DNA from: an uncultured Gammaproteobacteria bacterium
GTDB taxonomy: Bacteria; Patescibacteriota; Microgenomatia; UBA8517
Direction of reading: 5' to 3'
DNA length: 64,000 nt
NCBI GenBank assembly: GCA_964600575.1
Contig: CAZRJH010000002.1
Span: forward strand, 53,627-117,626
Below are positions 17,090 through 30,413 of the stretch, in pieces. The notes below the pieces were generated by a model. The model did no database searches. It saw nothing but the letters and a program-made list of their open reading frames with translations, and was not told where the DNA came from. Positions within the stretch are counted from its first letter, which is position 1; each line of letters begins with the position of its first letter. Both the position numbers and the translations under genes were made by a program.

Positions 17090-19258
17090 TTAGCCTCTGG
17101 CCATAGTAACCTTGCCTGCTTTTTCGATAATTTGAGCCGCAATGTGGGAAGGCACCTCGTCGTAATGGGAGGGCTCGACATATGCTCTGGCACGACCTTG
17201 AGTAAGTGACCTAAGCTTTGTTGCATAACCTGAAAGCTCTGCAAGTGGTACGCTTCCGTAAATAACCGTTTCCCCTGCCTTTTCTTCGGATCCCGAAATT
17301 TGAGCGCGCTTACTGGAAAGGTCCCCAATTACGTCACCCATGAATTCCCCTGGGGTAAAGACCTCGATCTTCATTATCGGCTCCAAAAGTCCCGGTTCAC
17401 ATTTTTTGAATGTGTCTTCCAGGGCCATAGAACCTGCGATCTTAAAGGCCATTTCGCTGGAGTCTACTTCGTGGAAAGATCCGTCAAAAACAACAACTCT
17501 CATATCTACCATTGGAAAACCCGCCAATACTCCATTTTCCATCTTTTCTTTGACACCTTTTTCGATGGGGCCAATATATTCTTGGGGAATAGCTCCACCT
17601 TTGATTTCGCTTTTGAATTCAAACCCTTCACCCCTGCCCAAGGGTTCAATGCGCAACAAACAGTGTCCGTATTGTCCGCGGCCTCCGGTTTGTCTGATGT
17701 ACTTACCTTCGCCTTCGCCGATCTTTTTAACTGTTTCTTTGTAAGCAACTTGTGGTGCACCTGTATTGGCGACAACATTAAACTCTCTCTTCATACGATC
17801 TACCAAGACTTCCAGTTGCAACTCTCCCATTCCCGAAATAATTGTTTGTCCTGTTTCGGCATTGCTTTTGATACGGAATGTAGGGTCTTCGTCTGAAAGT
17901 TTAGAAAGTGCAATTCCCATCTTTTCTTGATCGGATTTGGTTGCAGGTTCGATAGCAAGAGATATAACCGGTTCCGGGAACGAAATAGATTCTAGTGTCA
18001 AAGGATGATCCGAATCACAAACTGTGTCACCTGTGGAGGTGTCTTTAACTCCAACGACTGCTACAATTTCCCCTGCAAAAGCCTCTTCTATAAGCTCCCT
18101 TTGGTCGGCGTGCAACAAAACCAGTTTCCCGATTCTTTCGTATTTTTGTTTTGTGGTGTTATAAACTTCTTGACCTGTTTTAATGGAACCCGAATAAACT
18201 CTCATATAAACCAAGCGTCCGACATGGGGATCGGTAATCACTTTGAAAGCCAAAGCCGATAGCGGAGCTTCGTTCTTTCTTTCTCTTGTTTCGTGTTCTC
18301 CTGTTTTGAGATTTGTTCCTGTAACAGGAGGGAGATCTATCGGGGAAGGCAAGAACTCCACTACTCCATCTAATAGAAGTTGAGATTCAGCTGTTCTGTT
18401 GTCTCCACCAAATACGGGGAAGAACTTACCTGCAATAACACCTTTTCTGATTGCTCTTTTAAGCGTTATTTCATCCGGCTCCTTGCCTTCGAGGAACATA
18501 TTCAAAGCTTCGTCGTCGAACTCTGAAACTTTTTCTATAAGCTCGGCTCGATATTTGTTGGCCATATCTGCAACTTCTGCAGGAATCTCACCCTCTGTGA
18601 GTTCGTGATCTTCGATTGCCTTGAATGTTAAAGCTTTCATTGTTATCAAATTAACAACACCTCTGTGGTCATGTTCCTGACCAATAGGTACAACAACAGG
18701 GGATGCATTGGCTCTAAGTCTTTCCCTGATTGATTTAATCGAGGATTCGAAGTCTGCACCAATAAGATTTAATTTATTAAGAACACAGATTCTCGGTACA
18801 TTATATTTATCTGCCTGTCTCCACACTGTTTCCGACTGGGATTCTACCCCTGTTCTACCGTCGAAGACCATTAATGCGCCGTCTAAAACCCTCAAGCTTC
18901 TTTCTACCTCGGCCGTAAAGTCAATGTGACCCGGTGTGTCTATAAGGTTGATTCTGTAATGGCCTGCCTCGACAGAGGAATCTTTTTTGAGATCCCAGAA
19001 GGCTGTGATTGCAGCGGAAACAATGGTAATTCCACGCTCTCTTTCTTGGGCCATCCAGTCTGTGACTGTTGTTCCGTCATCAACACTTCCCAACTTATAT
19101 GTTCTACCAGTCTCGTAAAGAAGTCTTTCGGTGGTTGTAGTTTTGCCTGCATCAATATGAGCAATAATCCCTATATTTCTGATTTTCTCATAGGAAACAA
19201 CACGGTCTTTGGTGGCCGTGACAACAATACTAGCTTTTTTCTTTGCAACTTCTGCCAT
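17090..19258 (-). CDS. fusA: Elongation factor G (atypical G4/G5 motifs)
   Basis: AHIDAGKTT, ERERGITI, DTPGHIDF, QTGGRGQYGH, GSFHEVDSSEMAF; located between rpsG and tuf. Confidence 0.98.
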   Translation of the reverse strand: MAEVAKKKASIVVTATKDRVVSYEKIRNIGIIAHIDAGKTTTTERLLYETGRTYKLGSVDDGTTVTDWMAQERERGITIVSAAITAFWDLKKDSSVEAGHYRINLIDTPGHIDFTAEVERSLRVLDGALMVFDGRTGVESQSETVWRQADKYNVPRICVLNKLNLIGADFESSIKSIRERLRANASPVVVPIGQEHDHRGVVNLITMKALTFKAIEDHELTEGEIPAEVADMANKYRAELIEKVSEFDDEALNMFLEGKEPDEITLKRAIRKGVIAGKFFPVFGGDNRTAESQLLLDGVVEFLPSPIDLPPVTGTNLKTGEHETRERKNEAPLSALAFKVITDPHVGRLVYMRVYSGSIKTGQEVYNTTKQKYERIGKLVLLHADQRELIEEAFAGEIVAVVGVKDTSTGDTVCDSDHPLTLESISFPEPVISLAIEPATKSDQEKMGIALSKLSDEDPTFRIKSNAETGQTIISGMGELQLEVLVDRMKREFNVVANTGAPQVAYKETVKKIGEGEGKYIRQTGGRGQYGHCLLRIEPLGRGEGFEFKSEIKGGAIPQEYIGPIEKGVKEKMENGVLAGFPMVDMRVVVFDGSFHEVDSSEMAFKIAGSMALEDTFKKCEPGLLEPIMKIEVFTPGEFMGDVIGDLSSKRAQISGSEEKAGETVIYGSVPLAELSGYATKLRSLTQGRARAYVEPSHYDEVPSHIAAQIIEKAGKVTMARG

Positions 19259-19331
19259 TTAAGTAGATCCAAACAAAAAACTCCCTTGTGGAAGTAAAAG
19301 AGATTTTACCAACAAAAAGATCAAAGCTCAA
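19259..19331 (-). promoter_or_regulatory. fusA promoter and leader hairpin with U-tract
   Basis: TTGAGC-17 nt-TAAAAT with extended TG; ACTTCC-ACAA-GGGAGT followed by TTTTTGTTT. Confidence 0.65.
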
Positions 19332-19347
19332 TATGATCTGGGTAGTA

Positions 19348-20127
19348 TCACCATGACTCAAGAGGTGTGCTTGCAACCACCCTTGACCCAACGTGAATCT
19401 GGTGTTCAAAAAACTCTAATTGCTTTTTACTTAGTTTGATTTTAGCTTCGGCATTTGCATTTGAAAGGTTAGTCTTTAGTTGTTCTTCCAGACTATCTGA
19501 AACATTGTTCCAGGTGGACCTGAGGTTTGCTTGCTCCTGAAGCGTAAATTTATATCCCTTATCAAATTTTTTGTGATGAAGATCCCTTAAAGACTCTCTA
19601 AGTTCTTTTGATATTTTTAGGCATTCCTGACCTTCCAAAGCCTCTTTTTGAGACGATAATATTTGGAGGAGGGATTCAAAAAAGGGCCTGTTTTTCGGGT
19701 TTTTGAGAGCTTCGGCTATTGTAAAATCCTGTGTTTCCGAAGGATCGCCTTTATCTGGTAGTAAATTCCAAACAGTGTTTGACACATCGGAAACATCTGA
19801 CCTCCATAGGTTAAATATGTCACGATCCATTATTATTGGTTGACCATAAGCAGCATGTGCCTTGTTTGCTTGTTCTTTTAGATGCGGCTCGATAAAAGAA
19901 CCGGGGAGTTGAGATGTTACAAAATCACTCCATAACAAATTACCCGCAAGCGCCTGTTCCAAAGCAGCATGGGTTGTAATCAGGCGTTTTACAATCCACA
20001 TTTGCGGATAGTGAGAATTTGCCCAATAATCGGCTTTCATTACTTTTTCTAAAGGAGTTTCGATACGAGCGTTCCCTTCTTTTACCAAAGCTGGGTCTGC
20101 ACTGAATGGAGAGTCCGGTCCGGACAT
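19348..20127 (-). CDS. Hypothetical helical protein between rpsG and fusA
   Basis: 259-aa ORF filling the gap; no recognised motif. Confidence 0.75.
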   Translation of the reverse strand: MSGPDSPFSADPALVKEGNARIETPLEKVMKADYWANSHYPQMWIVKRLITTHAALEQALAGNLLWSDFVTSQLPGSFIEPHLKEQANKAHAAYGQPIIMDRDIFNLWRSDVSDVSNTVWNLLPDKGDPSETQDFTIAEALKNPKNRPFFESLLQILSSQKEALEGQECLKISKELRESLRDLHHKKFDKGYKFTLQEQANLRSTWNNVSDSLEEQLKTNLSNANAEAKIKLSKKQLEFFEHQIHVGSRVVASTPLESW

Positions 20128-20138
20128 ATGAAACTATA

Positions 20139-20618
20139 TTACCACCTAAAATGGCTAAAGGCTTTATTGGCTTCGGCCACTCTTTCGACATCTTGTCTCT
20201 TTTTGACTGAAGCTCCTTCGCCTTTGGCTGCATCCATAATTTCGCGGGCCATTTTTTCTGCAAAAGTCTTAAATTCCGAATTGGATTTTGAGTTTGCGGC
20301 TGCCACCAACCATCTGATTGCCAATGATTCACGTCTGTCTCCCCTAACCTGTTGAGGAACCTGATAGGCAGCTCCACCGACTCTTCTGGGTCTAACTTCC
20401 ATAACAGGCTTAATATTTTCCATTGCTCTGTCAAAAACTTTGACAGGATCTTCGCCGGCTTTTTCGCGAATGAGCTCCATTGCCGCGTAAATTTCTTTTC
20501 TAGCAACTGATTTCTTGCCGTCATACATCGCCCTGTTTATGAGTTTTGATATAAGAAAACTCCCGTAAATCGGATCCGGCTGTGCTTTTATTTTTCTGAA
20601 TTGACCTTTTCGTGACAT
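20139..20618 (-). CDS. rpsG: 30S ribosomal protein S7
   Basis: DGKKSVA; RRVGGAAYQVP; AEANKAFSHFRW. Confidence 0.98.
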   Translation of the reverse strand: MSRKGQFRKIKAQPDPIYGSFLISKLINRAMYDGKKSVARKEIYAAMELIREKAGEDPVKVFDRAMENIKPVMEVRPRRVGGAAYQVPQQVRGDRRESLAIRWLVAAANSKSNSEFKTFAEKMAREIMDAAKGEGASVKKRQDVERVAEANKAFSHFRW

Positions 20619-20624
20619 ATTTTT

Positions 20625-21050
20625 TTATTTTGCAGCAACTTTTTGGTTCATCTTGGCACCATATTTGCTTCTTCCGTTAATTCTACCTGTTACACCGGTT
20701 GTATCAAACTTTCCGCGAACAACATGATATTTAACTCCAGGAAGATCTTTAACACGACCACCCCTTACCATTACTATGGAATGTTCCGCAAGCTCGTGGC
20801 CTTCGCCTGGAATATAGGCAGTGACCTCCTGTTTGTTGGAAAGTCTTACCCTTGCAACTTTACGCAAGGCAGAATTAGGTTTTTTGGGTGTCATTGTACG
20901 AACAGCCAAAACCACTCCTCTTTTAAACGAAGAGGAGCTTTCTTTAAAAAGCCTATCTTTAGCGTTAAACCACTTTTTGAGAGCGGTTGTTTTAGTCTTT
21001 TTAATTATTCTCTTTCTACCTTTTCTGGTTAATTGATTAATTGTCGGCAT
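20625..21050 (-). CDS. rpsL: 30S ribosomal protein S12
   Basis: MPTINQL; [11 protein letters not shown]; [10 protein letters not shown]. Confidence 0.99.
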   Translation of the reverse strand: MPTINQLTRKGRKRIIKKTKTTALKKWFNAKDRLFKESSSSFKRGVVLAVRTMTPKKPNSALRKVARVRLSNKQEVTAYIPGEGHELAEHSIVMVRGGRVKDLPGVKYHVVRGKFDTTGVTGRINGRSKYGAKMNQKVAAK

Positions 21051-21118
21051 GTTGGTAAAGTCTTAGACTTTAAAATAATCTAGATTTAGAAATCCAAGGC
21101 TGTATTGTATCATTCGGA

Positions 21119-24100
21119 TCACTCCTGAGGCAAGGCTGCGCGCTCCGGGGAAACCGGAATGAGTCTTCCGATGATGACATTCTCCTTGAGTCCTACAAGT
21201 CTATCTTCGCGGCCAAGAAGTGACGCTTCTGTAAGAACATCTGTTGTCTGTTCGAACGATGCTGCTGACAGCCAACTGTCTGTATAAAGTGCGCGTCTTG
21301 TGATACCCAATACAACTTGCTGAGCGCTTGCAGGTTCACCACCGGCTGCCAAAACTTTCTCGTTTTCTTCTTCGAATACGGCACGGCTTGTGAGTTCTCC
21401 GGGCAAGAAAGGTGTATCACCAGTTGTTACAATCCTAACTTCGTCGCTCATCTTTCTTACGATAACTTCAAAGTGCTTGTCGTTAATAGGAATTCCTTGG
21501 GACTCATAGACTCTTTGAATCTCGTTGACCAGGTATTCCTGAGCGGCACGAAGTCCTTTGATGGAAAGAACATCTTTGATATCCAATGGTCCTTTGGCAA
21601 GAGGTGTTCCTGAATCGATAAGATCTCCGTCGCTTACTGCAAGCTCCAAGGTCTTGGGAATAATATATGACTTTTCTTCTTTTGGTGTGCCTTTGCTTAC
21701 AACAGTTACAGTCCAACCTTCTTCGGCTTCTCCGACTCTTACTTTTCCTGCAATTTCGGAAAGTGCGGAAACTACCTTAGGAATTCTGCTTTCAACCAAT
21801 TCCTCCACTCTGGGAAGTCCTTGGGTAACGTCTACTCCAACCACACCGGCTGCATGCTTTGTACGAAGTGTGAGCTGTGTTCCGGGCTCTCCAATGGATT
21901 GGGCTGCAACAACTCCAACCGGCATTCCGATATCTACAACCTTTTTGGTTCCCAAATCCCACCCGTAACACTTTGCACACATTCCGTATCGTGCCTTACA
22001 TTCAAGAGGGGACCTAACGGTAAGCTCTTCGATCCCGCTTTCGTCGATCATCTTTGCTTTTTCTTCGTCTATAAGCTCACCCGCTGCAACCATCACTTTC
22101 TTGCCGTCTTTGCCCAATACATCTTTAGCTGCGAATCTGCCTAAAATTCTTGCGAAGAATGCGGGGGTTCTGATTTCGCGTTTGATAATAAGTCCTTCTT
22201 TGGCATTACAGTCTTCGAGTCTAACAATAACATCGTGAGCAACGTCTACCAAACGGCGTGTTAGGTATCCTGCATCAGCTGTTTTAATAGCCGTATCTGT
22301 AAGTCCCTTTCTGGAACCTCTGGACGAAGTAACATACTCAAATATTGAAAGTCCTTCTCTAAAGTTAGATTTGATAGGAAGTTCGACTATCTTTCCTAGC
22401 GGATCGACGACAAGTCCACGAATAGCAGCTAGCTGTTTAACTTGGTCTTTGCTGGCACGTCCTACTTTTGCGTCGATAACAACACGGATAGGATTGGTTG
22501 GCTCCATTTCGTTCCAGGTTTTGTCTGCCAAATCTTCGGAGACATCGATCCAGACTTCCTGAGTAAGGCGTTTCTTTTCTTCGGCGGTAATAAGCCCTTG
22601 ATCAAAGTTATCTTCGATCTCTGCAACTTTGGCATCTGCTTCTTTAAGAACATCCGCTTTCCCGGGGTAAACTTTTGCGTCAAAAACTCCAAATGAAATT
22701 CCGGACATAGTTCCTCCCAAAAATCCGAGGTCTTTTATATCATCAACCATCTGCACAACTCTATCCTTGGAGACTGTTGCATAAGCCTTAACAAAGAGTC
22801 CTTTAATAAGGGATGATGTTGCGGCTTCGTTAACATAGTCAAAGTTCTCGGGTAGAACTTCGTTAAAGAGTATTCTGCCGACTGTGGTTTGTATAATTTT
22901 ACCGCCCATGTAGACATTGATTCTTTGTCTAACTTCGATTCTGGAACATTGATAAGCATAAATAGCCTCATCTTTGTCAGCAAATACAACCTCTGTTACA
23001 GGAATTCTGTCATCGTCGCTAGTAAGGTAATAGGCTCCAAGCGCAATTTCTTTGGAAGAAGGAGTTGCAACAGGTGAACCGTCCGCAGGGCGGAGTAAGT
23101 TATTGGAAGGAAGCATCAAGCTTCTGGCTTCCTCTATTGCCTTTTCGGAAAGAGGTACGTGTACAGCCATTTGGTCTCCGTCGAAGTCGGCGTTAAATCC
23201 GCTACAAACTGCCGGATGGAGTCTGATAGCACTTCCTTCGATCAAAACAGGGTAGAAAGCCTGTATAGAAAGTTTGTGCAAAGTAGGTGCACGGTTCAAG
23301 AGAACAGGATGATCTTTTGTAATTTCTTCCAAAATATCGAATACCTCGGGAGGTCGTCTTTCGAGCATGTTTTTAGCACTTTTAACATTAGGTGCAATTC
23401 CTCTGGCAATCATTTCGCGCAAAACAAAAGGTTTAAACATCTCAAGGGCCATATCTTTGGGAAGTCCACACTGAGTAAGCTTGAGTTCTGGACCTACGAT
23501 AATGACGCTTCTTCCTGAATAATCGACACGCTTACCCAAAAGATTCTGTCTAAATCTACCTTGTTTTCCTCTAAGCATGTCAGAAAGTGATCTTAATGGC
23601 TGTCTTCCTCTGGACTTTCTCGTTGCCTTTCTTTGTGAAGCGTCGATCAAAGAATCAACAGCTTCCTGCAACATTCTTTTTTCGTTTCTAAGAATGATTT
23701 CGGGTGCACCAAGACTAATAAGGTGCTTTAAGCGATTGTTTCTGTTAATAACTCTTCTGTATAAATCGTTAAGGTCGCTGGTTGCAAAACGTCCGCCTGA
23801 AAGTTGAACCATAGGTCTCAAGTCCGGAGGTAAAACAGGAAGAACCTTAAGAACCATCCAGGAGGGGTTAACTTTGGCTCTTTTAAGTCCTTCGATGAGC
23901 TTAAGTCTTTTGACAAGTTTTACATATTTGCTGCTCCCGCCTTTTATAGCATTTATCTCTTCTCTTAGGGGTTTAACAATTTCTTCCAAGTTGAGTTTGG
24001 AAACTGCCTCTAAAACAGCATCTGCCCCCATTTTGGCTGTAAAGAAATCAGCTGCATCATGTTGGTAAAGCTCGTCGTATTCTTCTTCGGAAAGAATGCT

Positions 24101-24838
24101 AAGAGGTTTAAGACTTTTAATAACCAAGTTAAGGTTTTCGAAAAGCTGTTCGGTCTTTGTAACTGTTCCTTTTTCTTCCTCGCCTACGGCTGCCTCTTTC
24201 TTTCTGAGCGAAAGTTCGATTTCGCTGATTGCAAGTGCTGCCTGTTCCTTATCTTTGATTTTGGCCGAGATCTTTTCTTTTGCTTCTTTTTCTTCCTGCT
24301 TAAGAGCATCTTTTCTGGACTTAAAGCTTTCTATAATTTCGTCAACTCTTTCGGTTTTTGCCTTTTCTATATTTTTGACGGCATCTTTTTTCTTTTCGTC
24401 GTCAACTTCTGTTACCAGATATCTGGCAAAGTAAACAACTTGTTCGATCCCCCTAGGGGCAACGCCTAAAAGAAGAGATATCTTAGAAGGAGCACCTTTA
24501 AAGAACCAGACATGTGCAACCGGCGAAGCTAAGGTAATGTGTCCCATTCTTTCGCGTCTGACTCTGGATTGGGTTACTTCTACTCCACATTTATCACAAA
24601 TAACACCCTTATATCTGATTCTCTTGTATTTTCCACAGTAACACTCCCAGTCTTTTGTAGGACCAAAAATCCTTTCGTCAAAAAGTCCGTCTTTTTCCGG
24701 TTTAAGAGTTCTGTAGTTAATCGTCTCAGGTTTTGTGATTTCGCCACGACTCCAGGCCCTGATTTCCTCCGGGGAGGCAAAACGAACCAAGAGACTCTTA
24801 AAGTCTGCTAAGTTTTTTAAATCTGACATTTGTTCCAT
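21119..24838 (-). CDS. rpoC: RNA polymerase beta' subunit
   Basis: Zn-finger CYCGKYK...CDKC; catalytic NADFDGD; SIGEPGTQLT; charged coiled-coil insertion near the N-terminus. Confidence 0.99.
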   Translation of the reverse strand: MEQMSDLKNLADFKSLLVRFASPEEIRAWSRGEITKPETINYRTLKPEKDGLFDERIFGPTKDWECYCGKYKRIRYKGVICDKCGVEVTQSRVRRERMGHITLASPVAHVWFFKGAPSKISLLLGVAPRGIEQVVYFARYLVTEVDDEKKKDAVKNIEKAKTERVDEIIESFKSRKDALKQEEKEAKEKISAKIKDKEQAALAISEIELSLRKKEAAVGEEEKGTVTKTEQLFENLNLVIKSLKPLSILSEEEYDELYQHDAADFFTAKMGADAVLEAVSKLNLEEIVKPLREEINAIKGGSSKYVKLVKRLKLIEGLKRAKVNPSWMVLKVLPVLPPDLRPMVQLSGGRFATSDLNDLYRRVINRNNRLKHLISLGAPEIILRNEKRMLQEAVDSLIDASQRKATRKSRGRQPLRSLSDMLRGKQGRFRQNLLGKRVDYSGRSVIIVGPELKLTQCGLPKDMALEMFKPFVLREMIARGIAPNVKSAKNMLERRPPEVFDILEEITKDHPVLLNRAPTLHKLSIQAFYPVLIEGSAIRLHPAVCSGFNADFDGDQMAVHVPLSEKAIEEARSLMLPSNNLLRPADGSPVATPSSKEIALGAYYLTSDDDRIPVTEVVFADKDEAIYAYQCSRIEVRQRINVYMGGKIIQTTVGRILFNEVLPENFDYVNEAATSSLIKGLFVKAYATVSKDRVVQMVDDIKDLGFLGGTMSGISFGVFDAKVYPGKADVLKEADAKVAEIEDNFDQGLITAEEKKRLTQEVWIDVSEDLADKTWNEMEPTNPIRVVIDAKVGRASKDQVKQLAAIRGLVVDPLGKIVELPIKSNFREGLSIFEYVTSSRGSRKGLTDTAIKTADAGYLTRRLVDVAHDVIVRLEDCNAKEGLIIKREIRTPAFFARILGRFAAKDVLGKDGKKVMVAAGELIDEEKAKMIDESGIEELTVRSPLECKARYGMCAKCYGWDLGTKKVVDIGMPVGVVAAQSIGEPGTQLTLRTKHAAGVVGVDVTQGLPRVEELVESRIPKVVSALSEIAGKVRVGEAEEGWTVTVVSKGTPKEEKSYIIPKTLELAVSDGDLIDSGTPLAKGPLDIKDVLSIKGLRAAQEYLVNEIQRVYESQGIPINDKHFEVIVRKMSDEVRIVTTGDTPFLPGELTSRAVFEEENEKVLAAGGEPASAQQVVLGITRRALYTDSWLSAASFEQTTDVLTEASLLGREDRLVGLKENVIIGRLIPVSPERAALPQE

Positions 24839-24889
24839 AATTTTAGGTATTTTACCAAATTTTTAGCCTTGGTTAAGCTTCAATTTTAT

Positions 24890-28258
<3,369 letters not shown>

Positions 28259-28365
28259 TTTTATAGTAGTAAAAGACACTAAATTCCCGCTACAAAGAAG
28301 CGGGACTGGCGTACCAATCTATGTACGCCTAATGGGGATTATATTAGAAAATAAGGCTATGTCAA
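28259..28365 (-). promoter_or_regulatory. rpoB promoter and two-hairpin leader
   Basis: TTGACA-16 nt-TATAAT; hairpins GGCGTAC/GTACGCC (28308-28329) and TCCCGCT/AGCGGGA (28285-28305). Confidence 0.7.
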
Positions 28366-28378
28366 CAGGTAAATATAT

Positions 28379-29350
28379 CTACTTTCCTAAATATTTAGCT
28401 ATGTTTTGGTTATGCTCTTCTAGAGTCTTCGCATAATGAATAATTCCGGAGTTATCGTGAATATAATACCAATAGTCGGAGTCTTGCGGGTTATATGCTG
28501 CTTCTATTGCGGACAATCCAGGATTTGCAATCGGAGAAGGCGGAAGCCCCGGGAATTTGTAGGTATTAAAGGGAGAATCTATCGCAAGATCGTCCCTAGT
28601 TAGGATTGGCCACCAGTTATTTGTCTGCTTACCTGCAAATCTGGCAGAAGCTACTGCATATTGAACCGCCGCATCAACCTGAAGAGGCCACCCCGAGTTC
28701 ATTCGTTTTATGAGTATTCCGGCAACAATTGATCTTTCGTTTCCTTTTTTTGTTTCTCGTTCGATAATTGATGCCAAAGTTAAAAGCTGATTTTTATCCA
28801 AACTTCCGTTTTCTGATAGGTTTTGGGTTTTAGAGTTGAAAGTGCCGGTTAGTTTTTTGACTATCGCAGTTGCACTGGCCTCCTTTGAAAAAAGATAGGT
28901 GTCTGGAAACAACACACCTTCTTTATCTTTTGTAAGATCCAAAAAATCATTTGTGAAAGTTTGATCTTTTTCAAGAATTGTTACAAATTTTGCGGCGATT
29001 TCCTCTCTTCTTAACCCTTCCGGAATGGTTACCCAGATTTCGAGCGGTCCTTTTTGCAGAGCTTCTACTGTCTCAAAAAGCGACAAGCCGGGCGAGAGTC
29101 TAAACTCTCCTGCCTGGATATTGCCTGATTGATTTGTAAATTGAATATAAACTTTAAAAGCCAAAGCACTTTTTATAATTCCGGCTTTTTCGAGTCTATT
29201 GGCCACCTGCCCTGCAGATTGACCTTTAGTTATTACAAAGGTAGTAAACTCTTTTTTAACAGCAACGGGTTTAACCACCGAATAAAACCAGATAGATAGC
29301 CCGGCGATAACCAAGAAAAATACAAGGGGAATATACAACAATTTTTTCAT
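28379..29350 (-). CDS. mltG: Endolytic transglycosylase MltG
   Basis: N-terminal TM; TIPEG; EGVLFPDTY; LASIIERE; LQVDA; SPFNTY..PGLPPSPIANPG. Confidence 0.96.
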   Translation of the reverse strand: MKKLLYIPLVFFLVIAGLSIWFYSVVKPVAVKKEFTTFVITKGQSAGQVANRLEKAGIIKSALAFKVYIQFTNQSGNIQAGEFRLSPGLSLFETVEALQKGPLEIWVTIPEGLRREEIAAKFVTILEKDQTFTNDFLDLTKDKEGVLFPDTYLFSKEASATAIVKKLTGTFNSKTQNLSENGSLDKNQLLTLASIIERETKKGNERSIVAGILIKRMNSGWPLQVDAAVQYAVASARFAGKQTNNWWPILTRDDLAIDSPFNTYKFPGLPPSPIANPGLSAIEAAYNPQDSDYWYYIHDNSGIIHYAKTLEEHNQNIAKYLGK

Positions 29351-29369
29351 ATTGAACTCTACTTATTTA

Positions 29370-29564
29370 TCAAACTTCTTCAAGAAGTGCTCTGCGGTAC
29401 TTTCCTTCTTTCTTAATAAAAATCCTACCGCATTTTTTGCAGGTTATTTGTTCGCCGAACTTTGTATTTTTGCTTGTACCTTCGGATAGTTCTGTTCCAC
29501 AGCCGACACATCTTCCCTGCGACAAAAGCCAAGCCTGAATTGGAGCAATTACAGTTTTAAACAT
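29370..29564 (-). CDS. Small Zn-ribbon protein
   Basis: CVGC...CKKC; preceded by TTGACA and TGC-TATACT; 19 nt upstream of mltG. Confidence 0.75.
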   Translation of the reverse strand: MFKTVIAPIQAWLLSQGRCVGCGTELSEGTSKNTKFGEQITCKKCGRIFIKKEGKYRRALLEEV

Positions 29565-29606
29565 TGAGTACTAAAAGTATAGCATGAAGGAGCCCCTGTC
29601 AACCTT

Positions 29607-29656
29607 AAAAAACAAAAACCTCCTTGGCATCGAAACTTCGATTTTACCAAGGAGGT
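29607..29656 (-). terminator. Intrinsic terminator
   Basis: ACCTCCTTGG/CCAAGGAGGT 10-bp stem, inner ATCGA/TCGAT stem, then a T-rich tail on the minus strand. Confidence 0.8.
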
Positions 29657-29665
29657 AAACTTCAT

Positions 29666-30316
29666 TTACACACCCATGTGTCGTGCGAGCTGGTAGGCTT
29701 CCAGTTCTTTCTTGGTTACATCCCAGGTGCCAAGGATTGCATAAACATCTCCGGCGATGCGCTTAAGAAGGAATGGGTCCACCTCGCGCCGTACTGGTTT
29801 CCATTCTGCAACTTCGTAGAGAAGATAAACATCTTGGGATGTTTTCTGCCTCAAAGTAAGCGGAACAAGGGGCACGGGCGATTCAGCCGTTAAGGGATAG
29901 GCTAAGGATGCGAGAAAACCGACCTCCGGCAAGGTGCCCTGAGGAAGTTTTATTTCCCATCCCCATTCACTACGAATTTCTCGGTTGAATCGGCCGGAGA
30001 AGGTAACTTCGCCGTTTGAATTGACTTGAACCTGACAAGGGGTGTCACAGATACTTGAATCGTAATGCGCGACAGCAAGATTAGGATATCCGTCAGGCCG
30101 CACACCTCCAACTCTGATAGCCATACTCAAATTGATCAGGGGCAAGGCCGTCCTTGAGGCCCGTGCAATTTTCAAGATCGATTTTTCGCTCTCGCTTCGC
30201 AAAGCTGGTTTGGTGCTTTTTATTTCTTCCGCAAGATCTCCGATAGAGCCGAAGCTGGTTCGAATCTCATCAACAGAAACTTCTACAACCTCGTGCAAAA
30301 GGTTTTTAGTAGTCAT
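29666..30316 (-). CDS. Hypothetical protein, possibly phage-derived
   Basis: AAGAGG SD before ATG 30316; own promoter TTGCAA-17-TATTAT; C-terminal DPFLLKRIAGDVYAILGTWD. Phage origin is inference. Confidence 0.7.
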   Translation of the reverse strand: MTTKNLLHEVVEVSVDEIRTSFGSIGDLAEEIKSTKPALRSESEKSILKIARASRTALPLINLSMAIRVGGVRPDGYPNLAVAHYDSSICDTPCQVQVNSNGEVTFSGRFNREIRSEWGWEIKLPQGTLPEVGFLASLAYPLTAESPVPLVPLTLRQKTSQDVYLLYEVAEWKPVRREVDPFLLKRIAGDVYAILGTWDVTKKELEAYQLARHMGV

Positions 30317-30413
30317 GTTTCCTCTTTTCAAATAAAGGTTCAAAATGTCTAGCTAAACTTAGCCAGAAAGTGATAATAGCCGAATGCGGGAATAATTGCA
30401 AATTATGGGATAA

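Noticed and set aside
20625-21050. Streptomycin-resistance changes in S12
   Set aside because: PKKPNSA and RVKDLPG motifs are wild type.
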